From the NCBI RefSeq assembly GCF_001194135.2, contig NC_069003.1:35965191-36029190 (forward strand): a DNA stretch of 64,000 bases. Reading direction: 5' to 3'. The DNA comes from Octopus bimaculoides. Its lineage: Eukaryota. Under the pieces are notes generated by a model, which did no database searches, was not told where the DNA came from, and worked only from the letters and a program-made list of their open reading frames with translations. Positions 1 to 13,513 of this stretch are shown piece by piece (position 1 is the stretch's first letter; each line of letters opens with the position of its first letter). A program made the position numbers and the translations under genes.

Positions 1-223
1 CACTTTGGAGGACTTCTAGGGGCCTTCATAAAATAGCTGGAGCGCTACAAGTGCCCTGGAGTCAGATGATCCTACTTTAAAGGAGATTAGAGTTTTGGAA
101 ATCTTTGAAATTAATAAATGTCCCTGCTGAAAGTCTGAAAACTTCATGAATACACCTTATGTGTATAAATATGTACAAACAAACACGTGTGTGCGCGCGT
201 GTTTATGTAGGCCTGGTAAATAA

Positions 224-259
<36 letters not shown>

Positions 260-785
260 CTTACGTAGATACGCACAACTATACTGTACACACGCACACA
301 CACAAACGCGAGTTTGTGTGTGTGTGTGTGTGCGTTGTTTATGTTTGTGGGTTTTAATATTTATGTACAGAAGCAGGCAAAAGTTTCCTGAACTGTTGAA
401 AGCAACTGAAGCAATCTCCGTTGCGATTCTGCTACTTTTATAACATTCACATGCTATGTGTTATTTTATGAAACTAATTCGGAATATTTACTAGGAAGAA
501 ACCTTGTATGCTACAGTAAACCTATAATTAAACATATTTAAAATATTTCTTCCTGCTGCTTATTATTATAAATTATAAGTACGTATGTATTTCACTGACA
601 TATTTGCGAGAAAAACAAAATTTCCACAGATAAAAAATAATCATAAGATTATTTTTTATCTGTGGACACTATTAATAATGAACTTGTTTAAGACAAAATA
701 TTTTTTTTTTAAATTGTGGTCTTCGCTTCTCTGTTGCCTGATACAGAACAATAATTTTGTACTCTGTGTACAAGGTTTGAAACTT

Positions 786-965
786 GAGGGAGTGGCTTAA
801 TCGATACCATCAATCTAGTACTTGACTGCTGCCTTATTTTATCTATCGGAAAAGGATGAAAGACAAAGCTGGCTTCGGCGGGGATTTGCAACCACAACGT
901 AAAGAGTCATTCATAACTGACTGAGGATTTGTGTTTTTTCTGACGCTCTAACGATTCTGCCATCT
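786..965 (-). mobile_element. tRNA-derived SINE family A, decayed copy
   Basis: Reverse complement aligns by eye to the best copy at 58821-59036 (aggatgaaagacaaag, ctaacgattctgcca). Confidence 0.7.
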
Positions 966-989
966 CAAATAAATATCATTATATCAAAT

Positions 990-1150
990 TTAGACATAAG
1001 GCCAGTAATTTGTAATACAGGGTTAGTGGATTATATCAACTGGTATTGAGTTTATCTAACCCTGAAGGCTGAAAGGGCAAAGTGAACATTGTTGAACTCA
1101 GAACATAGATATAACTAAATTGTTGAAGACGTTCGGCCGGTTCTGACGCC
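990..1150 (-). mobile_element. SINE family A, decayed copy
   Basis: Contains ttgaactcagaac (reverse-complement B box) and the aggccagtaattt tail motif. Confidence 0.6.
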
Positions 1151-1171
1151 GCACTAATAATAATAGCAGAA

Positions 1172-1270
1172 AGTATTTAGCCATTACTTCTTTATGTTCT
1201 TAGTTCATAATTGAATGATGTCGACTGTGATTTTCTCCATCTCTAGCTCGATAAAATAAATACCAGTCAT
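1172..1270 (+). mobile_element. SINE family A, decayed partial copy
   Basis: tttatgttcttagttcataatt...gtcgac...gataaaataaataccagt follows the family motif order. Confidence 0.55.
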
Positions 1271-1588
1271 ATACGAGAATTATTCAATCCATAATTCTCT
1301 ACCCTAAGCGCGTGTAGTCTCGAACCAACGTAATAAAGGATGGTTATTGTTGCTGTAATAGACACTGCAAAGTTCTTGACAGTTTTAGAACTAATTTCAA
1401 TCCATCGTGCGAAAACTACCTTTTATTTGTTGTATTTTCTATGTGTGTGTGTCTATATTTACACACACACACACACACATTGAACTAGTAAAGCTTCTTA
1501 TTATTTCAAGCCCAGCACAAACATTGTGGTGTTATTGATAAAACGATTAAAACCTTATTCAAAGAAATCAATACATGTCGTGTTCAAA

Positions 1589-1636
<48 letters not shown>

Positions 1637-2452
1637 ACATTCTGTTTATCGGAAATTATGCAAATCGAAATATAATGAAAATGAAAACACTAAACGCTGG
1701 AATATTAAAATCCTAAAACCACTTAAATAATACTACTTCTATAATAAATTCATCTCTGAAAAGCAAAAAAAAAATTTTTTAAAGTTAGGAAATTGGAACG
1801 AATTTTCCGACATTTTTCTCTTTCTGAGAGGAAATTAAGTATTAAGAATATTTCAGCCATTCTCATCTCGACTTAGTTTTCTAAAATTCGAAGCACATCC
1901 TTCAAACTAATTCTATCATATACCCTAAATTCTTTAAAGACTTCACCACTAACTCGTAAAATGGTTTTGGTGTACAGCCTGAAATCTTGAAAGCCTTTCG
2001 CTTTTAGCTTTGAAATTTTCAACAAAGTGTTGGATTCAGCATATCAATCCAGAAGCATTAAAAGCAAAGCAGACCTGGGGAGGGAAATTAAATAGAGAAT
2101 GGAACCAGGTGTAGATATGGCAAGGTATTTGTGTGTGATGCACTCCTAATTATGCCAGTCTGTTTACGCTCACGCTTTCATTTCTGTGTTGGGGTGACGT
2201 GAAATTAAGCTAGCAAAATTAATTTATATCATTCGAAATTAATATAGGCAAAGCAAGGAGGAGTAGAAAAACATAAAAGTGCTGTAGAGTTTGATATATG
2301 TTTATTCCTGTGTAAACATACTCTAAGTTTGATATATGCTTATTCTTGTGTAAGGTAAATAAGGATTAAATTTCCGAACCTCGGTTTCGTTCAATCAGTT
2401 GTACACATCGACCAAATATGTTTCGTTTCCTGGAGATATGTTAGCACAATTA

Positions 2453-2495
2453 CTGTGTTGATGACGCCTATCGAGACAGAAACACGTCTCCACAG
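2453..2495 (+). ncRNA. Decayed hammerhead-ribozyme-like motif
   Basis: CTGTG-TTGATGA-stem II remnant-GAAA-CACG-TC-TCCACAG. C3 is mutated to T and stem II is weak. Confidence 0.35.
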
Positions 2496-4836
2496 CTATC
2501 CCCAGTCTTCAGACAATTAGACTACCTTTTCTCGATGCCAATTTTGAAGAATTTTTAGTTCTTGAGATTACCTTCTCTTTCCATTTTGAGTTAGTCCAGC
2601 CTCCCTTGAAGCGGAGATACTTTCAATATTTCAATAGTTTATATTGTACGTTATTTAATATACCCTCATTCGTATAAATAAAATTTAAATAAAAAACATA
2701 CAGACTTTTTGCGTAAGTTTTAAGTAGTTAGGTATTTCAGGTGATTGCTCAATGCCATCAGAACACCTGGCAGAGAAGCATGCTAATGGACTTTCCAATC
2801 CGATACACACATCTATCATGGTGTGAGAAAGTTATCATGTTTTTTGACGTCATTATAATGAAGGAAATAGACGATAAGAAGATGGTATTGGGGCACTGTT
2901 AGTGCTTATCGTAACAATACTGACTTAGCATTCAGGGGTTGAGTGGCTGGATATATTGCGATTGCATAAGTATATTCAATATTCTAAAGTGCTTCGTTGA
3001 AAGTGTGTGGAATCATCTGTATTATGTCCATAACCCATAGCCTCAGCTAATATTTTGGCCTTGTATGTGTATAGTTGGTCCTGCATCAGAGTGTCCGAAT
3101 ATCTCCATAAATTTTATGCATCAATGCCAATACTTATATACTTACGTATGCATAACTATGTGCGTGCGTGCGTGCGTGCGTGCGTGCGTGTGTGTGCGTG
3201 CGTGCGTGTGCGTGTATTTACGTATATGCTTGAAACTACTTTATCTAAAAGAATCCAGTTCTCAAGATAAAAAGAATGAAGTTTTATCTGACTGTTTCAC
3301 GAACTCATAAACATCGTTATTTTTATTGTATATGAATGCGTTACTGTTATTGTATATGAATGTGTTTAAAATGGATGTAAAAGTCTGTTGTTTGTCTAAG
3401 GAGAATAGTTACTACAGAGAACAGTCCAAAGGTCAAATTAGAAATAGCTTCAAAGACATTACTCTGAGCATATTGACCCGTCCTATAAAGTGGACTTTAT
3501 TACAATGACCACTCATTTCTCCAGTGGATATTTGTGTCTTTCTACACACACACACACACACACACACTGAGAGACTCTTCGTCCACCAAACATTTTGTCA
3601 TCCTCCCTTTTGGTCAAGCTATTAATCTGCCTGAAACTGCCTCTGGTTCTTCGATACAAACTTCATAATCTATAGTGATCTAGATTAAATTTCACGTTAA
3701 TTTAAATTCTTAACACGAACTTAGTAGTCACGAAGATATTTAACTAAATTCTTCATTTTCAAAATTTATTGCAGCAAAGGGACAGTATTTCAACAATAAT
3801 GTGATAACAGGGTTAAACCGACCCTCCACTTCCGTAAAACGTTCGCTGTTTGAAGGAATGAAAAGGCCACCAGAAATATCGACATTTTTCGATAAGGATC
3901 ATGAACAAAAAGAAAACAAATGGCCATTCTTCTAGCAAGTGCACAGTCATTTAGGAAAGCTGCAATCTCTGACCCACCATCAACACCAACAATAAAAAGT
4001 TTTTTTCAAGTTCTGCGGTGCTCGAAATGTGAGGACGCATACAGACCTGCAGGCACTGATGCTCTTCTTCTTCTTCTTCTTCTTCGGCCACGAGTGGACG
4101 GCCGTGATATGTCGTAATATACGTTCGTATGCATGTATGCTTATATACGGGCTTATATGCGTGTATGTATGCACGGTCATACATTTTTGTTTTTTATTCA
4201 AGTCTTCGCAGAGTCCAAACCGTTTACTAACAGAGAGGCATTTTTTTATCATTTGAAACAAGACAATTCCATGTTATTTGTGAATAAGTGAGTGAATGGA
4301 TGTACATATATGTAGTAGATATATGTGTAGATATCATTTCACTCATATACTGGGTGTACATGGTTTTTCAAGTATCGATGTGAGATTGCTCATGTGTGTG
4401 TATATCATACACACATATATGCCTGTGAGTATATGGTCATTCCAGGAAAGACAAATAGAAAATATTTGGAATGTTCTACAAATCGATTGGATTTGAAGGA
4501 GGTCTGTTTTCTTTGAAGTTTCATGAGAAACCTCACCATTCTCAGGCTTTTAAAACAAATAAATCTGTTGTTACAAAGCGCATTCTATCCGCATTTGGTC
4601 ATTATTCTATTTTTCCTCAACTTTAACCGAGTCATTCACATCTGCTAGGTTCCTGAAGCATATAACAATGCATGTCTTGTTTCATATTACATGGAATATC
4701 AGATCTGTTGTGCTTTAACCGGATTGCTGTTTCTATTACAATATTCCAAAGGTATTTCTTATTTTTAAATATGTGAATACATTTTTGTTTTGATGTGACT
4801 TTAGTGTGGCTATCAGGATATTCCTCCTAACCCTAA

Positions 4837-5116
4837 CTCATGGACACAAGCAACGATTTCTTTACCGAATCGTTACTGGCGACGAAAAATGGTGCCTGTA
4901 CATCAATATGAAGCAGCGTAAGGAATGGCTTAGCCCCGGTAAACAAGCGACAAGTCGAAATACCAACGAGTTATTGAAAATCTTGTTGAACGATGGGAAG
5001 AAGTTGTAAACAACAAGGGTGAATACATTATTGATTAATTAGTTGTTATTTTTTATTAAACCTTTTAAAAAATTTTAATTTTAAAAAACGGCGGGAACTT
5101 AGTTGCCAACCCAATA
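4837..5116 (+). mobile_element. Mariner transposon remnant, 5'-truncated and internally deleted
   Basis: Encodes RFLYRIVTGDEKWCLYINMKQRKEWLSPG (first catalytic D motif), then jumps to the C-terminal ENLVERWEEVVNNKGEYIID* in another frame. Ends in a TIR-like ttagttgccaacccaa plus TA at 5115-5116. Confidence 0.9.
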
Positions 5117-7289
5117 TGATGTCACTATGTTAGGACCGTCTTGATTGATGTATCAGGTTTATTGGGAAATTTTCTCACCTAGCATAACAAGTATGTTTAG
5201 TTACATTCTTATATCGATTATGAATCATGGGGATTCTTAATGACTGATGTTTTATTAATAATGTTTATTAAAGAGTTACTGGATGTAAATAACATTTACA
5301 AAGCCATAGAAATAACAACACAAATATATAAACAGATAATACAAAAAAATCTAGAATCTATTCAGCTATTTTGACATAAGACGGCACCAAGTCGTTTTCT
5401 ACTTTTCTTATTGATGTCACTGATTCTTGTTTTGACAGTATTTTTCAACTATTCAAAAAATACTCTCTTGTTTCACTACGAACATCCCTTACTTTCTGAC
5501 AGCTCTAATTAATTTTCTGTTAGAATTTTTATTCTAAATGTGCTATGAATGCGTTTTGAATCATAAATCTGACAATATGATAAAAACCACTAAATATTAT
5601 CAGCAGCATCCTGTTTGGCAAAATAAAAACACTATTGCGTTGACAGTTCTAATTTATGTATCTGATACCATTATTCAACAAGAAAACAGTGGAGGATGAG
5701 AGGGTAAATGCCTGATGTATAAATTGAGAATACAACACACATTCCCTGTACCAAGTATTTTACCAAAATCCTTTCTAGAAATGCAGCCCTTTAGAACCCT
5801 ATCTCACATCGCATCTTCTCAGCAGATGTTAAAGTTGAACATCAATCAATTTCACCAGTGTAAGAGACTGCTACGCCCCTTACAATATATATATATATAT
5901 GAAACACACATATACAGTTAAAAAGCATATATCTTCATTAGTCCAAAAGTGAAATGGTATTGTTGTTTGTTTGTAATACACCAATATAAAGAGTTGGAGA
6001 TTAATAAACCTCCAAGCTATCTTTGAGATTTGTTAAACGAACTATTGGTACTGGTACTCTGCTTCCGGAAAAACAAAGATTTATTATATTCGACTTTGCT
6101 TCTTCGAATGATTGGCAGGTCGTAAGAGAGCCAGTCTACTTCGCCTGCGTACCTACAAATTGCTGATAATAGGTATGAACGTCGCTCAATTTCATTTCCT
6201 TCCCCCCCCCCCGCCACACCATAAATCTACGTCTCGTGAATAAGAAATTCGAGATTATCTTATCTCATTGTAGAGAGCGAAGACGCTTAGATCAATAGGT
6301 TGTCCAGAGAGCTCGGGGTTTCATATTCTGTCACTGATATTGCGTTGCCACAAAGTATGTTTCCAAAACAGAATATCAGGCAACAGCGGCGGTAACATTG
6401 TGAAAAAAAAAAGATGAGTGAAAGACTGCACTATTATCTCAGCAGAAGAAGTTGCTTTCGATCAACCCTCGTTCTATCCAAGGAGAAAGAGCTTTATTTC
6501 CATTGGGTTTTGCATTACGGAAACCTGAAATAAGTAATTCCTTGTGCATCCTTCTGCTATAATATTAAACTTCTTATTTGGTTAACCCTTATTTGCATTT
6601 TCAAAAAATGGAGGGGACCGTAAGCATTGTAGAGTGAAGCATCAAATTGCGAACGAGCTGAATCCACGAACCGGTCACGATTTCATGCCGGAACTGCTTC
6701 GTATAATTCCACGCTGCTAATGTCTTTCTGAACGACACAGTCTCGTTTTCCTCTTTGCATCTGTAAGATTTGGAGCAAATATAAGAAAACATTGGTAACA
6801 GGTCGTAAAAGAAAATAGCACAGGACTTCCCCTGGTTCGAATCCGGATACTGCTATCCCATTTGCAACTTTGTAGTCGAGTAAATAGAAACCAGTGACCG
6901 AATTGAATGTAAGCAGCAACATCCTGCCAAACGGCGAAAAGACACGAACTGTCAAAAAAATATATAAAAAGAAAAAAAAACATGTTTGCTGGTTTAATTG
7001 TAATAGATATACAGAATTCAACTTCAATCACGGAAATCAAGTGTGACTTTTAAATAGTACGTTTGCGCTCGCTCTCTCTTTCTCTCTCTCTCTCAAATAT
7101 TTTGGTGTTTCACTGTCCTAAATTCTTACAAACATTCTATCCCTCTCTCTTTGTATGTTTCTCATCTTTTATTATTTGCCTCACAAACTCTCACTCCAAT
7201 ATTTTCAATACAGAACAACATAGCGCTATCTTTAAAAACACACGCGTTTGTGTATGAGCCTATATGTACATCTGCCTAAATTAAACACA

Positions 7290-7332
<43 letters not shown>

Positions 7333-7848
7333 TCTATCATCGTTACAATCTGTGTTTGAATGGGAGGATATGTATGTGTATACGCGTGCATACATGTATA
7401 TGCAAATAGCTATGCATACCTTTTTTTTATGTCAGCTCGAATATCTTTGTATATAAACTTGCATATATATATCTCCATGCATTTGTGTGATTTCACTGTA
7501 TGTATGTATTTGCAATATGTATGTCTTTATGCATATGTCTCTACATACTCAAAGTGTGTGATCGCATGAAGTCCGACTCGGCTTTACACCATTTTTCATC
7601 TGGCGTAGCCTGCTGATTATTAAAAAGCCTGGCTGTTAACAAACCATCTGGCGAGACCAAAAACCGAGGGGAAGCAACATCCGAATTGCTCTAAACCATA
7701 TGCATCCTCCTGAAAATCACCAATTTATGATCACAAGAGCAGGCAAGAAGGAGGTTCGTGTCATCTCTGAAGGAAAAGGAAATATAGCTTTACGCACACG
7801 TATTTATATATGTGCAAGTCTATTTCACCTCAGTGTACGTATGTGAGA

Positions 7849-7850
<2 letters not shown>

Positions 7851-7908
<58 letters not shown>
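7851..7908. repeat. (GT)n microsatellite
   Basis: Long, near-perfect dinucleotide tract. Confidence 0.95.
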
Positions 7909-7910
<2 letters not shown>

Positions 7911-8554
7911 CATGTATTTGTTTGTACAGCCAGTTTACAAGGGTTCAAAGTGAGGGTGTGTGTGTGTGTTCAAGAATATGCGGTTATGTCTCGCTAAGAA
8001 CCTATGTCTGTATGTATATGTGCGTGGTGCGTACGCGGCAGTGCGTGCATTGTGCGAGAGTATGTTTTTCTTGAGGAATATTACTATCGGGCCATGTGAA
8101 AATAATAGTTCTTGGTGATGGCGGTGGTTGCTATGATGGTGGCGAAGGAGGAGGAGTAGAGGATTTCAGTAGTGACAGCGACGGTAGGGTCGTGGTGGTG
8201 GCTATGAAGGTGGGGAAGATGCGTTGATGTTAGTGATGAGGGTTACGGTAGTGTTGATATAGCAGGCGATGTCGACGGTGCAGACAACAGCGGTGAGGAT
8301 CGTCGATGGATGGATGGATGGATTAGAGACACAGAGGAAACGAAAGCAGACATTACAGACGTCAGACACCCAAATGAATGGGAGGACAGAAAGTCAGGTC
8401 GAACGGTCGATCGGTGAAATCAATTCGAAGGCGTGAAAGATACAATACACAAACCAACAGTAATGAACGATTAAACAAATAAAAAACAAAACTGACAAAT
8501 TTCTCTAATCTTTAGATAAGTGAAATATCCCTGAAGTACAAAAACGAATATATG

Positions 8555-8607
8555 GTTGGTTGGTTGGTTGGTTGGTTGGCAGACAGACAGACAGACAGAC
8601 AGACAGA
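8555..8607. repeat. Compound (GGTT)n(GACA)n microsatellite
   Basis: Directly visible tetranucleotide arrays. Confidence 0.9.
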
Positions 8608-9134
8608 TATAAGTATGCGAGTGTGTATGAGTGTAATTTGAAAGTGTGTGACATTATGGTTACAGTCTAGGGCTGGCGATCAAAAGGATGTGGATTCCAT
8701 TCCTGGACTAAGCAGCTGAAAACAAGTACCGGCTAAGTATAGATGCTGCCCTTTCTCCCTTCAGCTGCCAAACGTTTGATGTTCCACTGGCTCAAGGGGT
8801 GATGGTGTTGGTGACCGAAAGAGTGACTATGTCTACTCGCAAAACAACGAACTCTTGCAACAAGCTCCTAAGTCGTTCTCAAATAGAACGAACGACATCT
8901 ATAAGAGTAGAGCCAAACTAGGACAAAATACATCGGAAATAACCTTCGGTTTAAAATGTAAGACAGAAACCCCTACGATTTAAAAAAAGAAATATTAACA
9001 AATTACGTTTTTTGAGAGGAAAAAAATCATTAAACAATTAAGAATTCAATTAATTCATTAATTTTAGCTTTTAATGTAATTATAGAGAATAAAGACTACT
9101 AATGTTTTCGTTATGGAATATACATTATAAACTG

Positions 9135-9400
9135 ACACGCCGTCGGTTACGACGATAAGGGTTCCAGTTGATGCGATCAACGGAACAGCCTGCTCATGAA
9201 ATTAACGTGCAATTGGCTGAGCATTCCACACACACACACACGTATACCCTCAACGTAGTTCTCATGGAGATTCAACGTGAAACAGTATGTGATAATGCTG
9301 GCTTTTTGAAGTACAGGTGCTACTCTCCCTTGCTAGCCTAGTGGACTGGAGTAACGTGAAATAAAGCGTCTTGCTCAAGGACTCAACGCGTCGGTTATTC
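9135..9400 (-). mobile_element. SINE family B
   Basis: The reverse complement carries gagtccttgagcaagacgctttatttcacg and atcaactggaaccctt...gtcgtaaccgacggcg. The same motifs recur at 27225-27305 and 33388-33540. Confidence 0.7.
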
Positions 9401-9486
9401 CACTCGAAAACTTGAAAAATAATCCTTTCAGCTATAGGCACGATGCCAGCAAGTCCGTGGCAGTGAGTAATTGACCTCATGTTCAA

Positions 9487-9600
9487 TTTTATCGAACTCC
9501 GAAAGGATGAAAGGCAAAGTTGCCCTCTGTGGAATTTGAACTCAGAACGTAAAGACAGACGAAATACCGCTGAACATTTCGCTCGACATACTAACGTGTC
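9487..9600 (-). mobile_element. SINE family A
   Basis: ccgaaaggatgaaaggcaaagtt...ggaatttgaactcagaacgtaaagacagacgaaataccgct is the reverse complement of the family core. Confidence 0.85.
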
Positions 9601-11472
9601 TCAATGGAATAATGATTAGTCACAAAAGCTTTTTTTTTTTTTTTTAACCAAGGCTGTTTTATCTTTCTTTGGTTTTCATTGAGAGATACCTTGTTGAAAA
9701 GGTTTATTGTAACGGGTTTTGCCCAAAGGATTCTTTCCAGGGAAGAGTGTGTAAGATAATATAAAACAAAAATGTGGAACGAAAAGAGCGAGCGACACTG
9801 GATGCGTGCACGCTTCTCGAGATCGTTTTCGGGGTGAGAAGTCGGATGGAAAATTCGCCGAGAATTCATTAATTAAAAATTATTTTCCCCGTAATAATTC
9901 ACTTATCGCAGTATTTTAATATCTAACAGCATCCTAATACCTAACCAAACACAGAACCAAAGAATGAGCCTGGTCCAATTCACACCATTTGCAATCAACA
10001 GACAAATGTTGGTACTTTTTTTTTTTCTTAGTAACATTTATGCCCGAGTAAGAGGTTCAGCATGATAGTAGCGTGTGTGTGCAGGTAGGTAAGTTTCGTA
10101 GGCGCTGATATGCGTCTCCATCTTCAGACTCACAACGGATTTTCATACAGATTACGTTATAAATCTTAACTGAAAAGGCATTGGGTGACCGGAAGGCAGA
10201 GAACACGCCTCTTGCCCAGAGTGGAGAGCAGGATCGTGCGTACCCAAAGCCACTTGGTTATACAGATATCTTTAGTCGTATAGCCAAGATAGTTAAGAAT
10301 CAATAAAAGTACTCGATACTATTGAAGAGAGAGCGTCTAATTATATATTTCAGTGACTAATTGCAAATTGCAAGATGTTTCTTCTAGGACACAGGAAAAT
10401 TTGCTTCTTGTGTCATGATTGAAAAGGAATAAAGTTAAAAGATAATCACAGGCTGGTGGGGTTACGTGTGTTTGTATGTGCTTGCATGTCAACACACACT
10501 TATTTCCTATAACATGGCCAGATGTTTCAACCCGCTTTTCAAGCGTTTTACTGACTGCTTTTTTGTGGATAAAACAATAAGTGGGCCAACATTTTACTCC
10601 CGATCTCTTTCTCTCCCTTCACTCCCCCTCCCTCTCTCTCTCTCTCTCTCGCTCTCTCTGTATATATGTATGTGTGTGTTGATATAAAGGAAGAGGAAAA
10701 CATAATACCACGGTAGAGTAATTTATTTTGGTTATTTCCAATGGAGTTTTTTCCTCAGACAGGAGAATACTAGAACCAGTTTGGACTGCATTATATCGAT
10801 TGCATTTGTTGAATCGCTTTATGCATAAATAATGAGAGAGAGTTACCCATCCGTGGATCCATCCAGCATTCGCACATGTATAAGCACGTGAGGGGACAGA
10901 GAGCGGATCTCTCCCTCTCTCTTCCCTTCTCTCTCTTTCTCTCTCACTCACACAAACAAACACTGTGTGTGTGTACTCATACGCATACATACACGTATAA
11001 ACACGCACACGCAACCATATACACAAAACACAAGTACACACAAGGCGCATACACACTTCCTCCCCCTCCCCACACAAACATTGGTGTAACTGAAACATTA
11101 TGTAAACATAACTAAATATTGATGAGGCGAACGTGTTCTTCTTGAAGTACAGAATGTTGCGTGTGGGGGGGGGGGGCGTGTGTGTGTGCGTGTGTGTGTA
11201 TACATGTGCGCACACATACATACACACCAAAACCCTAGGATCTATTCCATCTCATTGAGATGGAATAGATCCAAACCCTACATACATGTACACATACACG
11301 AGCGCATACACATTATACATACATATACACATATATACATGTATATATGCACACATGCAGGTATACACACATACTAACAAACATACATTCATAAATTCAT
11401 TCATACATACACACATATGCACCGATACACACATACACATTTACACGCATACAAACATTTACACGCATACAC

Positions 11473-11513
<41 letters not shown>

Positions 11514-11561
11514 CTTCTGCACATGCACAAATGTATACATATACACGCACAGAGCCCACAT

Positions 11562-11609
<48 letters not shown>

Positions 11610-11767
11610 CAGTGCTTACAGATCTAAGTATGTTTTTTCTCTCATGCTAAGAGGAGAATTTCAATAAAATAATCCAGTTTCACAACACTCCTTAAATTAC
11701 AATAATGAATTCATGTCACTGAGAAGTTTTTGATATTTCATCAATAATAAAAATAAAAACGGTGGCA

Positions 11768-12716
11768 NNNNNNNNNNNNNNNNNNNNNNNNNNNNNNNNN
11801 NNNNNNNNNNNNNNNNNNNNNNNNNNNNNNNNNNNNNNNNNNNNNNNNNNNNNNNNNNNNNNNNNNNNNNNNNNNNNNNNNNNNNNNNNNNNNNNNNNNN
11901 NNNNNNNNNNNNNNNNNNNNNNNNNNNNNNNNNNNNNNNNNNNNNNNNNNNNNNNNNNNNNNNNNNNNNNNNNNNNNNNNNNNNNNNNNNNNNNNNNNNN
12001 NNNNNNNNNNNNNNNNNNNNNNNNNNNNNNNNNNNNNNNNNNNNNNNNNNNNNNNNNNNNNNNNNNNNNNNNNNNNNNNNNNNNNNNNNNNNNNNNNNNN
12101 NNNNNNNNNNNNNNNNNNNNNNNNNNNNNNNNNNNNNNNNNNNNNNNNNNNNNNNNNNNNNNNNNNNNNNNNNNNNNNNNNNNNNNNNNNNNNNNNNNNN
12201 NNNNNNNNNNNNNNNNNNNNNNNNNNNNNNNNNNNNNNNNNNNNNNNNNNNNNNNNNNNNNNNNNNNNNNNNNNNNNNNNNNNNNNNNNNNNNNNNNNNN
12301 NNNNNNNNNNNNNNNNNNNNNNNNNNNNNNNNNNNNNNNNNNNNNNNNNNNNNNNNNNNNNNNNNNNNNNNNNNNNNNNNNNNNNNNNNNNNNNNNNNNN
12401 NNNNNNNNNNNNNNNNNNNNNNNNNNNNNNNNNNNNNNNNNNNNNNNNNNNNNNNNNNNNNNNNNNNNNNNNNNNNNNNNNNNNNNNNNNNNNNNNNNNN
12501 NNNNNNNNNNNNNNNNNNNNNNNNNNNNNNNNNNNNNNNNNNNNNNNNNNNNNNNNNNNNNNNNNNNNNNNNNNNNNNNNNNNNNNNNNNNNNNNNNNNN
12601 NNNNNNNNNNNNNNNNNNNNNNNNNNNNNNNNNNNNNNNNNNNNNNNNNNNNNNNNNNNNNNNNNNNNNNNNNNNNNNNNNNNNNNNNNNNNNNNNNNNN
12701 NNNNNNNNNNNNNNNN
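11768..12716. other. Assembly gap (949 N)
   Basis: N-run. Other gaps lie at 13415-13459, 14976-14985, 21652-21701, 24055-24070, 30361-30553, 32387-32497, 43083-43092, 47048-47265 and 55213-55335, and most abut simple repeats. Confidence 1.
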
Positions 12717-12808
12717 TGTGTGTGTGTGTGTGTGGTGCGCGCATGCGTGTGTCACTGGAACTATCTGAGCTCTACGTTTGTATTGAATACTCTTCCAGAT
12801 CTTTACCC

Positions 12809-12859
<51 letters not shown>

Positions 12860-13043
12860 GGCGGCGAAGCTGGCAGAATCGTTAGCACGCCAGGCGCAAT
12901 GATTAGCGGCATTTCGTATGTCTGCACGTTCTAAGTTCAAATTCCGCCGAGGTCGACTTTGCCTTCCATCCTTTTGGGGCCGATGTAATCGACTAGCCCC
13001 TTCCCCCAAAAATCTTAAGGCCTTGCGCCTGTAGTAAAAAGAA
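12860..13043 (+). mobile_element. SINE family A with internal deletion and (ATT)n tail
   Basis: A-box-like tggcagaatcg and B box aagttcaaattcc are present. The ~37-bp segment between the two internal ggggtcgat-like repeats is missing. Confidence 0.9.
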
Positions 13044-13366
13044 TTATTATTATTATTATTATTATTGCTGTTGTTGTTATTATTATCGTTGTTGCTGTTT
13101 TTCCTTATATTTAATAATTGCTTTAAAAAAGTATTGTTTGCGTATTATTTTGTGTACATAACAGAGGCACACTACTGTCTATTTGTACACACATATATAT
13201 GTTTACATATCCATATGTAAATGTTTGTATTAATACATACATATGTGCCTGTGTGCATATACCTCCATGATTGCTGTTGACATCAGGTATCCGAATACTG
13301 TGGACCGGCTTTAAACAGCATACTACAAGATGTCTACTCTAATATAAAATTATTACACATATATGT

Positions 13367-13414
<48 letters not shown>

Positions 13415-13471
13415 NNNNNNNNNNNNNNNNNNNNNNNNNNNNNNNNNNNNNNNNNNNNNGTGTATGTGTGT

Positions 13472-13513
<42 letters not shown>

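Noticed and set aside
6820-6860. GGTTCGAATCC B-box motif suggesting a tRNA
   Set aside because: There is no A box, D arm or acceptor stem upstream.
6601-7040. Three overlapping minus-strand ORFs (63-114 aa), one with a GKR motif
   Set aside because: No frame is clearly preferred, there is no convincing donor, and nothing is recognisable as a protein.
10619-11607. Cluster of 60-200 aa ORFs rich in CV/HT/YI/RE repeats (also 39561-40130, 42819-43443, 51053-51587, 57367-57936)
   Set aside because: These are translations of dinucleotide and compound microsatellites that lack stop codons.
11697-12934. Longest ORFs in the track (342-390 aa)
   Set aside because: They consist almost entirely of X from the 949-N gap.
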